From: Candidatus Saccharimonadota bacterium
GTDB lineage: Bacteria > Bacillota_I > Bacilli_A > Mycoplasmatales > Hepatoplasmataceae
Assembly: GCA_027925225.1 (NCBI GenBank)
Contig: AP027131.1
Span: forward strand, 120,001 to 152,000
Reading direction: 5' to 3'
Length of the DNA stretch: 32,000 nt
Part shown: one piece after another, positions 9,869-19,057 of the stretch
How the letters are laid out: the number at the start of each line of letters is the position of its first letter
How positions within the stretch are numbered: the stretch's first letter is position 1
Made by a program: the position numbers and the translations under genes
Notes under the pieces: model-generated
Told to the model about the DNA's origin: nothing
The model's input: only the letters and a program-made list of their open reading frames with translations
The model's database searches: none

Positions 9869-12310
9869 ATGAATAAAAAAAGTAATGAAAATACTGAAAA
9901 TATTGTAGAAAAAAATACTTCAAATAAAGAAGATAATTTTGTTATAAATTATAACTATAATATATCCTTTTTTTCTGATATCAAAAAGAAGGAAAATAAA
10001 ATAAAAGATTTAAATAAAAATAATGAAAAACTTAATGAAAAAATAAAAGAAAAAACAGCAAATACAAATGATAAAAAAAATAAAAAATTTATAGAAGAAA
10101 TAAATGAAATAAAGAAATCAATTAAAGAAAATGAACATAAAATAAAACAATTATCTAATGAAATAAAAAGTTTAAAACTTAATGTAAAAAAACAAGATAA
10201 TGATTTAGTTGAAAAATCTTATATTAAAATTACAAATCTTAAAAAAAATTATGATGATAATAAAGTCCTAAAAAATATAAATTTAAATATTAAAAAGGGT
10301 GAAAGAGTTGCAATTATTGGTCATAATGGTTCTGGAAAATCAACATTAATTGAAATAATTTCAAAAACAAAAAGAGGAACATCTGGAAATATTGAATATA
10401 ACTTTGCATATTCAAAAGACGATTTTGGACAAAATATGGCTATCCAATTTCAAAGACTAAATTATCCAGAAGGTTATAAAGTAAAAGAAGTAATAACTTT
10501 TTTTTACAGAATGGTTCCAAAATATAAATCTTATACAAAAGAAGAATTTAAAAAATTAATAAAAGATTTTGGAATAAATGAGTTTTATAAAAAAAGCTTA
10601 ACATCACTTTCTGGCGGACAACAACAAAGAGTAAATTTATTTTTAACTTTTATTAAAAAGCCTTCTTTTTTAATTTTAGATGAATTATCTGCAGGATTAG
10701 ATATTGATATTTATGAAAAAATTATTAATTTGTTTTTAAATTATATAAAAACAAATAATGTTACAACAATTATTGTTTCTCATAATTTTAAAGAAATTAA
10801 ATATTTTTCTCAAAAAGTTTTTCTTTTAAAGAATGGTGTTTTAAGTAATCAATTAAAAATAGATGATCTTACAGAAGAAAAGTTTTTTAATCTTATTAAA
10901 AGAGAAAAAAACTTAAAAACAAATTTTGTTTTTAATTTTAAAAGAGATAAGGAAATAAAAGATAAATTAATTGTTAAATATTTAAAAGAAATAAGAAATT
11001 TTTATATGTTTTGAAAATACTCAATAAATGATTTTAAGGAAAAAATTGAAATAAATACATTTAAAAGAGATGAATTTTTAATAAAATTAGATATTTTAAT
11101 AGAAGAAGGAAATGCAATATATGCAGTTTTAAGAGAATTAATTTTAACAAAATCATCAAAGGGTAATACTAAGAAAATTTTTAGTAAAAAATTAAAACAA
11201 CAAGAAAAAGTACAAATTAAAATAGATAAACTAGAAGAAAAGAATGATTTATATTCTTATTTATTGAGTGATGATTTTTCGCTTTTAAGATTGAATAGAT
11301 TTAAAAAAATAATTAATATTCAAATAAATTATTATCAAATAATCGTAAATAGAAAACAAAAGAAATTTGATAAGTATTATAAAAAACATTCTGATTCAGA
11401 AAAAAGAAAAAAAATTTTAAAATTAGATTCTTTAGATAAAAAGGTAAAAGATAAAAAAGAATTTTTAATAAACAAAAAAGAATTACTAAAGAAAAAAGAA
11501 AAAGAAACAAAAGAACTTATACAAAAAATTGATGAAGAAAATATTTTAAATAAAAAAAGACACATAGATCAAATAAAAGTAATAAATTTAAAAAAATATT
11601 TTGGAATAAAACCTGCTATTAATGGAATAAATTTAACAATAAAAAAGGGTGAAAGAATTTCTATTACTGGACCTAATGGTTCGGGGAAAACAACTTTTGC
11701 TGAAATATTATCTACAACAAATTTAAAAACTATTGGGAAAATAAAATATTGATTTCCTTATAAATCAAAAGAAAAAATTAAGCATGAAATAGGAATGCAA
11801 TTTCAGGAAGCCATTTTTCCCTATGATTTAAAAGTAAAAGAAATTTTACATTTATTTTTAAAAGTTTCTATGTGAAGCATTACAGAAGAAGAATTGGATG
11901 AACTTATAAAAATTTTTAAAATTGAAAACTTGTTAGAGCAAAAAGGTGACATTCTTTCGGGCGGAGAAAGACAAAAATTAAATGTTTTAATTGCTTTACT
12001 TAAAAAACCAAGTATTTTAATTTTAGATGAAATATCAACTGGACTCGATATTGAATCAATAATGGATATAAATAATTATATTAAAAAATATTTAGATGAA
12101 ACAAATGCAACACTTATTTTAATTAGTCATAATCCTGGAGAAGCTCATAGATTAACAGATAAAGTTGTTATTTTAAAAGATGGGGTAGTTTTAGAGGAAA
12201 TAGATATTAGAAAAAAAAGCGAAAGACAAGTTGAAAAAATATTTAAAGATGTTTATATTGAAATAGAAAAAGAAAAGAAAATTGAGTTAAAAGAAATTGA
12301 GAATCAATAA
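9869..12310 (+). CDS. ABC transporter ATP-binding protein with two fused NBDs, each preceded by a Lys/Glu-rich coiled-coil segment (813 aa)
   Basis: Track ORFs 9857..11014, 11264..11752 and 11894..12310 share frame 2 and are separated only by TGA. NBD1: GHNGSGKST, LSGGQQQR, FLILDELSAGLD, VSHN. NBD2: GPNGSGKTT, LSGGERQK, ILILDEISTGLD, ISHN. The ATG at 9869 is preferred over TTG 9857. Confidence 0.85.
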
Positions 12311-12328
12311 GAAAAAGGAGAGAATTGT

Positions 12329-13549
12329 ATGCTTACATATACTAAAACCTTATTTAAACAATATTTAAGAACACCATATACGTATATAGCATTTTTGCTC
12401 CCCATTTTATTTATTGTTGGATTGGGTAAAATTATTCCTGCTGGTCTTGTTATTCCTTCTGCTATTACGATAGGTGTTACAATTTCAATTCTTTTTTTAT
12501 TTGGCGGAACTGTACAAGAAATGAGGAGTACATCTTTTATTAAATCTATTTCTATTACAAAACTTTCAAAATCATCAATTGTTCTTGTAAATATGTTTGT
12601 TGCTTCAGTAATTTCTATTTTTGCAATTATTGTTATTTTAGCACTTTCCTACGGACTTGATTCAGCAGGTTTTTTTGCACAAGATTTTACTGCTTTTTCA
12701 CCCGATACTGAGGTTTTAAAATATCTAAACTCAACAATTATTTGAAATGAAGTTGAGTGAGGGACATTTGTTTATGCAGTAATTCTTACTGCGATACTTT
12801 CCTTTGCCATTGCATATTTAATTATCTCATTTACTAAAACAACAAATTCGCTTTATATCATTTCATTTATTTATGTATTTGTAATGATTTTAATGGGTGG
12901 TATTTTAGTTCCAACTATTCTTTCTGTTCTTACTGGGTCTTTTGTACAATATTTAAATGTTTGAGTTCCTCATTATTATACTAATCAGTTAATGTCTGCT
13001 TCTATGGTCACTGATAATGTGGTATTAGGGAATTTAATAAAAACAATAGATGAAAATGGTGGCGCCGGCGCCTATATAGTTAGCCTTCTTTCTAATTTAC
13101 CTAGTTTAGATTCTTGAAATTGAGATGCAATTTCTCATGATGTTAATTTAATAGATAGTTTTATAAAAAGTGGTTCTGATACAACAAGTTATGAAGCATT
13201 TACTGATTTTTTAGGATATAAAGATCCAGCAGATGCCTTTGATTCTGAATTATTTAAAATTCTTGTAGAACCCCGTCTTGTTAGTGTGCCTGTTTTAGGT
13301 AACATTTCAATTTTAGAAATTCTTTGTTTTGGAGCTGATGGTGTTGGTCCATTTATACCCATAGTAGATTTTAATCATTTTTTAGCTATTATTTCTAATA
13401 ATAGTGATGTTATTATTCAATATACACATAGTGTGACTACATGAGATTTTAATTCTTATGAATCGATTGCAAATTCATTTATGCCTATAATTGTTGCTGA
13501 TGTATTTGCTACAATTGGAATTTATAAATTTAATTGAACAATAAAATAA
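12329..13549 (+). CDS. ABC-2-type permease with a large C-terminal extracytoplasmic insert (406 aa)
   Basis: ATG 12329 is preceded by AAAAGGAGAG (Shine-Dalgarno). Frame 2 is open to TAA 13547-13549 with TGA=Trp and absorbs track ORF 12329..12745. Paralogous to 13735..14805 (PAGLVIPSAITIGV / PSGMIIPSVITFSS; VPHYYTNQLM / MPHYYTNKII). Confidence 0.75.
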
Positions 13550-13722
13550 TTTTAATAATGTTAAATTAAATTTTTATTTATTAATTTAAAGCAAATATTT
13601 TTTATTTTAAAATTTATTAAACATATAAAATAATTGCACTATAACTCTGAATATTTACTTTATTAATGTTAAATATTTATCTTTTAAAAAAACAAGAGAA
13701 CAGATTAAAGTAATTTTTTTAA

Positions 13723-13728
13723 TATAAT
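13723..13728 (+). promoter_or_regulatory. -10 box (TATAAT) 6 nt upstream of ATG 13735; candidate leaderless transcript
   Basis: TATAAT-TGTCTT-ATG with no Shine-Dalgarno. It lies in the 185-nt gap between the paralogous permease genes. Confidence 0.3.
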
Positions 13729-13734
13729 TGTCTT

Positions 13735-14805
13735 ATGGGCCCATATTTTGCGTTTACATTCAAAAAATATTACACCTCTAAAGCATTTTATTTTTCATTG
13801 CTTTTTTCTTTAATATTATTAATTTCAATGGGTTGAATTTTGCCTTCTGGAATGATAATTCCATCTGTTATTACTTTTTCATCATTAATAATAATAATGG
13901 TAATGTTTGGTGGTTCTATTCTCGAAATGAGAAAGACCTCGCTTATTAAGTCGCTTTCTTTGACAAATGTTTCTAAGATTAATTATTTTGTTGTGAATAT
14001 AACAATGGCGACAATTTTTACTTTTATTTCTGTAATTATAATTTTATTTTTTTCATGAGTTCTTACAGATATTGGTTTTTTAGTTGATGATTTTTCTGCA
14101 TTTGGTAGGCCAGAACTTGTAGCTGCAGTTGATTGAAAAAATGTTGAATGAGGTTCTTTTGTTTATGGAATATTAATGACTGTGGCTATAAGTTTCTCTC
14201 TTGCTTTTCTTGTAATATCTTTTACAAAATCTTCTTTTAGTCTTTATTTATTCATTTTTGTTTATTCGTTCTTTTTATTTTCAATGGGGGATTTAATTAT
14301 TCCTAAATTTGTTTATGAAGGTACAAATTACAAGTTTATAAATGATTTGTATTGAGCAATGCCTCACTATTATACAAATAAAATTATTTCGGGTTCTTTA
14401 ACAACAACAAATGCGTTATCTACTCAATTTCAAAATGAAGACTTAATTTTAAGTGATTTACATGCTTTAGAAGCATGAATAAATTCTGGCTTTCCAGTTA
14501 CTGGAACCGGACCTTTAAATACAGCAATTGATTGATCTCAAGTTAATGGATATGAGAATGGATATGATTTTAATTATGATTTTTTTGAAAATTCCATTTT
14601 AATTAATTGAGCATCTGATTGAGAAAATCAAGAAACATTCTTGACCTTAGTTTATACATTTGATTCGTTATTAACTTTTGGTGATGAATATGAGCTTTGG
14701 GTTTTTGGTTCATTTAGATCAATGATGATTTGTTTCTTTCCTTTATTTTTATTCTTTTTATTTACATATATCTCAACAAAAAGTTTTAGTTGAGCGAAAA
14801 GGTAG
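13735..14805 (+). CDS. ABC-2-type permease, paralog of 12329..13549 (356 aa)
   Basis: ATG 13735; frame 1 is open to TAG 14803-14805 with TGA=Trp and absorbs track ORF 13840..14058. Same helix and loop order as the preceding gene, but with a different Trp/Asn/Asp-rich external insert. Confidence 0.75.
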
Positions 14806-14809
14806 TATT

Positions 14810-15367
14810 ATGCTAAAAAATATAAAATATTTGCTAACAACAAGTGATATGAAAAAAATGCCTGATGATAATAAAGATGAAATTGTAATTTGTGGTAAAT
14901 CTAATGTTGGCAAATCAACACTTATTAATAAATTAGGAAATAATAAAAAATTGGCAAAAACTTCATCAAGACCAGGAAAGACAAGAGCAATTTCTTTTTT
15001 TGATGTTGATGATAAATTTAGACTTGTTGATATTCCTGGCTATGGCTATGCAAATGTTTCCAAAAAACAGATAATTGCTTTTAAAAAAATGATTGAAACT
15101 TTTTTTAAAGAAAGAAGAAACTTAAAAAAAATAATTCTACTTCTTGATATTAGAAGAGGTTTGACAGAAGATGATTCAATGATGATTAATTTTTTTGCTT
15201 ATTATGATATTCCAATTATCTTTATTGCTACAAAAATTGATAAAGCAAATCAATCAGAGATATATAAATTTGAAAAAGAAATTAAAAGTAAAATAAAAAA
15301 TGCTGAAATAATTAAATATTCAGCAATTAGTAATGTTGGATTAGAAAAAATAAAGAAATTATTTTAA
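14810..15367 (+). CDS. engB: Ribosome-biogenesis GTPase EngB/YsxC/YihA (185 aa)
   Basis: Intact track ORF. G1 'GKSNVGKSTLINKL', G3 'DIPGYGYA', G4 'TKIDK'. The size is typical for EngB. Confidence 0.9.
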   Translation: MLKNIKYLLTTSDMKKMPDDNKDEIVICGKSNVGKSTLINKLGNNKKLAKTSSRPGKTRAISFFDVDDKFRLVDIPGYGYANVSKKQIIAFKKMIETFFKERRNLKKIILLLDIRRGLTEDDSMMINFFAYYDIPIIFIATKIDKANQSEIYKFEKEIKSKIKNAEIIKYSAISNVGLEKIKKLF

Positions 15368-15553
15368 TTTTCCTTTATTTTTATAGGTTCTTGCAACTTT
15401 TGTAGAAACTTTTAATTTTCTTTCCTTCCCATCTTCAATAATTGTAATTTTCTTTAAATTAACATTTCAAGTTTTCTTTGTTGCATTCAAAGCTTTTGAT
15501 CTATTATTACCCTTTAAAGGGCCTTTATTTGACACTTCACATTTTCTTGACAT
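15359..15553 (-). CDS. rpmB: 50S ribosomal protein L28 (64 aa)
   Basis: The minus-strand translation MSRKCEVSNKGPLKGNNRSKALNATKKTWNVNLKKITIIEDGKERKLKVSTKVARTYKNKGKLK matches the L28 pattern (MSRKC.V.GKGP..GNN.S.A.N.TKR...NL). It has one in-frame TGA, and was absent from the track because it is short and split. Confidence 0.9.
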
Positions 15554-15560
15554 ATATATA

Positions 15561-15566
15561 ATTATA
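15561..15566 (-). promoter_or_regulatory. -10 box (TATAAT on minus strand) 7 nt upstream of the rpmB ATG; candidate leaderless transcript
   Basis: The minus strand reads ACAC-TATAAT-TATATAT-ATG with no Shine-Dalgarno. Confidence 0.3.
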
Positions 15567-15662
15567 GTGTAAAAAAATTTTTTATTTCACTATTGACTTA
15601 AATAGTATTAAAATATTTATGATTATACTTTTATATGTGTAATGTGTTAGTATTTGATAATC

Positions 15663-17384
15663 ATGCAATGAAATAGAGAAAAGATACTTGGGTTTATAGA
15701 ATCAATGATTGCTAGTCTCCAAAAAAATAAAGAGAAAGTTAATGATTTGAATGTTTTTCCTGTTCCTGATGGCGATACTGGGACAAACATGTTTGCAACA
15801 TTAAGTTCTGGTTGAAATGAAATAAATGATAACTTTTCAAAAAGTGAAGATATCTTAAAAAATTTTTCTAAAGGTACACTTTTTGGTGCGAGAGGAAATT
15901 CAGGAGTAATTGTTTCGCAAATTATAAAAGGATTTGAAGAAGGAATTAAAAAAAATAATGGTAATTTAAATACGCCTCTAGATTTAAAAAAAGCTTTAAT
16001 TGAAGCAAAAGAATATGCTTATAATTCTGTTTCTGAACCAGTCGAAGGAACTATACTAACGATAATTCGTGTATTAAGTGAAAAATTTAATCCAAAAAAT
16101 TTTAAAACTTTAGAAGATGCATTTATTGAGATTGAAAAAATTGCCAAAAAAGCTACAAGTAATACACCAAATCAATTACCAATTTTAAAAGAATCTGGAG
16201 TTGTTGATTCTGGTGCATTTGGCCTAACAACAATGATTATTGGCCTTGTAAAAGCAATAAGTGGGTTTCCACTTAGAATTAATGTAAAAGGGATAAATGA
16301 TACTGTAATTGTTAATGGAAATGATTTTATAAAAGCAAATCCTACAAAAAATATTGGATATTGTACTGAATTTATTCTTACACTAAAGGACAAAAATAAA
16401 TTTAATAAGGAAAATTATCAACGTAAAATTTCTAAAATTGGAAATTCAATTGTTCTTATTCAGGATGAAGATATTTTAAAACTTCATATTCATGTAAAAA
16501 ATCCTGGTGAAATTTTAAATGATGCTCAAAAATATGGAGAATTTTCAAAAGTTAAAATTGAAAATATGGCTTCTCAAGTAATTCAAGGTGGACATAAAAT
16601 TCTTGGTGAAGAAAATACAATTGAAATAGAAACAAAAAATTTAAATTATTTTGAAACTGATCAAATTTTTGATGAAAAGGAAAATAAAGACAAAAAAAAT
16701 AATTATTATGATAAAAATTTAGGAATTATTGTTATTTCAGATGGAATAGGGATAAATGAAGAATTTAAAGAATTAAAAATAGTAGATAAAATAATATCTG
16801 GTGGGCAAACAATGAATCCATCAGTACTTACTTTTGTAAAAGGGATAAAAGAATTAAAATATAAAAATATTTTAATTCTTCCTAACAATTCAAATATTAT
16901 TCTTACTGCAGAGATGGCAAAAAATTCAGTAAAAGACAAAAATATTTTTATTCTTCCTACAAAAACAATTCCTCAAGGTTTAGTTGCACTTTATAACATA
17001 AATAAAGAAATGGTAGATTTTAATAACTATAAAGATTTAATTGTTCAAGATTTTAAAAGTATTTCTGAAGGGCAAATTACAAAAGCAACAAGAGATACAA
17101 GTTTATTTGGTGTTCATGTTAAAAAAGATGAATATATTGCAATTTATAATAATGAAAAAATCATTGTAAGTGATTGAAACATAGAAACAGTTCTTAGAAT
17201 TTTAATAAATAAAATTTTAGATAATCCTAATTTAGAGATTTTGAATATTTTTTATAATGATAGAGTTGATGCTAATATGATAAATGAAGTCATGAAAGAA
17301 TATAAAAAATCCAATAAAGACATTGAGATAAATTTTAAATATGGCGGACAAAATGTCTACAATTTTATTGTATTTGGTGAATAA
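15663..17384 (+). CDS. yloV: DAK2 (DhaL)-domain fusion protein YloV family (573 aa)
   Basis: '[12 protein letters not shown]' and 'GARGNSGVI' are Dak2-domain motifs. Frame 3 is open 15663-17384 with TGA=Trp and absorbs track ORF 16233..17177. It has the conserved position divergent from rpmB and upstream of plsX. Confidence 0.85.
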
Positions 17385-17387
17385 ATT

Positions 17388-18371
17388 ATGATTGATAAAA
17401 TAATCGCATTTGATTTAGTATCGGGAGATAGCGGATTTGATATCACATATCAGGCTGCAGAAGATTTTTTAAAAAATAATAAAGATTATAAAATTCTTGC
17501 TTTTATTGATAAAAAAAATTATATTCCAGATAAATATAATAAAAAAATTGAATTTATAATTTGTAAAGATAAAATCAATCAATCAGATGGGCCAATTCAA
17601 ATTAAGAGAAAACCCGATTCTACTTTAGTAAGGTCAATAGAAGCAGTAATTAATAAAAAGGCAAATTTTGTTGTTACAGCAGCAGGATCTGGGCCCACAG
17701 TTATAGCTGGCTATCTTTTTTCTAAACCAATAAAAAAAGGACTAAAACCCGCTTTTGCTCCAATAGCATTAGACAAAAACGGAAAGAAAAAAATAATGTT
17801 AGATGTAGGGGCAAATTTAGATGCAAATTCAGATGTATTGATTTCTTATGCGAAAATGGGTTCTGAATACATAAAGGCATTGGGAATTAGCTCTAATCCA
17901 AGAATAAGATTATTAAATATTGGAATAGAAGATTTTAAAGGTACTGAGCTTTTAAAAGAAACTTACAACAAATTAAAAAAAGAAAAATCATTAAATTTTT
18001 TAGGAAATATGGAAGCAAATGAAATTCTTTCGGAAAAAGAAGATATTGTTCTTTGCGATGCAGTAAGTGGAAATATAGCTTTAAAATCTTACGAAGGAGC
18101 ATTTAACTTAGTTTATGAAACAATTAAAAAAAATGCTAAATCCCCTTTTTTAAAATTAAAATTAGCAACTTCTCCAAAACTAATAAAAGATTTAAGAAAA
18201 ATTATGAATGTTGATGATGTTGGTGGCGCAATAGTTTTGGGAATAAATGATTTAATTATTAAATCACACGGGAGTTCAGATTATAGATATTTTATTAATT
18301 CATTAAATGTTGGAAAAAAACTTTATGAAAATAATTTAATCGAGAAAATAAAAAAGGTTTTAGATGAATAA
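17388..18371 (+). CDS. plsX: Phosphate acyltransferase PlsX (327 aa)
   Basis: Intact track ORF. It has the PlsX-like N-terminus IAFDLVSGDSG and the ..SHGSS.. motif. Synteny is yloV-plsX-rnc. Confidence 0.85.
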   Translation: MIDKIIAFDLVSGDSGFDITYQAAEDFLKNNKDYKILAFIDKKNYIPDKYNKKIEFIICKDKINQSDGPIQIKRKPDSTLVRSIEAVINKKANFVVTAAGSGPTVIAGYLFSKPIKKGLKPAFAPIALDKNGKKKIMLDVGANLDANSDVLISYAKMGSEYIKALGISSNPRIRLLNIGIEDFKGTELLKETYNKLKKEKSLNFLGNMEANEILSEKEDIVLCDAVSGNIALKSYEGAFNLVYETIKKNAKSPFLKLKLATSPKLIKDLRKIMNVDDVGGAIVLGINDLIIKSHGSSDYRYFINSLNVGKKLYENNLIEKIKKVLDE

Positions 18372-19053
18372 AATTTCAGATTTTTTACAAAAAAATAATA
18401 TTAAATTTAAAAATTTAAAAATTTATGAAGAAGCTTTTTCTCATATGTCTTATATAAATGAAATAAAAAAACCTGAAAAAAAATCATATGAGAGATTAGA
18501 ATTTTTAGGTGATTCTATTTTAAGTCAAATTGTAGCAATTTATGTATTTAATAATTTTAGTGATTTAGATCAAGGAGAATTAACTCTTCTTCGTTCCTAT
18601 GTTGTAAAAAAGGAGTTTCTTTCAAAAGTTGGAAAAGAAATTAATCTTCAAGATTATATAAATATTGGAAATGGTGAAAGAAATAATATAATTACCGATT
18701 CTGTTATAGAAGATGTTTTTGAATCTCTTATTGCTGCTATCTATCTAGATAGTGGTTATGAAGAAACATATAAATTTTTAAATAAAAATATTTTAGTTAA
18801 AATTAAGAATATTGATATTGATGATTTAAAAGACTATAAAACAAAATTACAAGAATTTTTACAAAATGAATCAGAAAAATCAATTGAATATAATATTGTA
18901 AGTAAAAAAAAACTTACAAGTAATAATGAATTAGAATTTTTTGTAGAAGTTTCTTCAAATGGCATTGTTTTTGGTAGAGGAAAAGGAAAATCTAAAAAAG
19001 AAGCCGCGCAAAATGCAGCAAAGGATGCATATCAAAAAAGGGTAAAAAAATAG
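18364..19053 (+). CDS. rnc: Ribonuclease III (229 aa)
   Basis: RNase III signature '[11 protein letters not shown]', '[11 protein letters not shown]', and the C-terminal dsRBD '[17 protein letters not shown]'. Overlaps the plsX stop by 8 nt. Confidence 0.92.
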   Translation: MNKISDFLQKNNIKFKNLKIYEEAFSHMSYINEIKKPEKKSYERLEFLGDSILSQIVAIYVFNNFSDLDQGELTLLRSYVVKKEFLSKVGKEINLQDYINIGNGERNNIITDSVIEDVFESLIAAIYLDSGYEETYKFLNKNILVKIKNIDIDDLKDYKTKLQEFLQNESEKSIEYNIVSKKKLTSNNELEFFVEVSSNGIVFGRGKGKSKKEAAQNAAKDAYQKRVKK

Positions 19054-19057
19054 AAAT

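Noticed and set aside
9869-12310. The double-NBD protein as an ABC-F translation factor (two NBDs, charged linker, no TM domain).
   Set aside because: The Walker B region is DE(L/I)SxGLD, typical of DrrA/CcmA-type exporter ATPases. The inter-NBD segment is far longer than an ABC-F linker. The gene is also embedded among four permease genes.
13556-13674. An 11-nt direct repeat TAATGTTAAAT (13556-13566 and 13664-13674) in the gap between permease genes.
   Set aside because: It is a short, purely A/T-rich match, which is expected by chance in this composition. There is no further symmetry or phasing.
18364-18371. A missing acpP/fabD/fabG block between plsX and rnc as a possible deletion scar.
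   Set aside because: plsX and rnc overlap cleanly by 8 nt with no remnant sequence. Loss of fatty-acid synthesis genes is the norm in Mollicutes.
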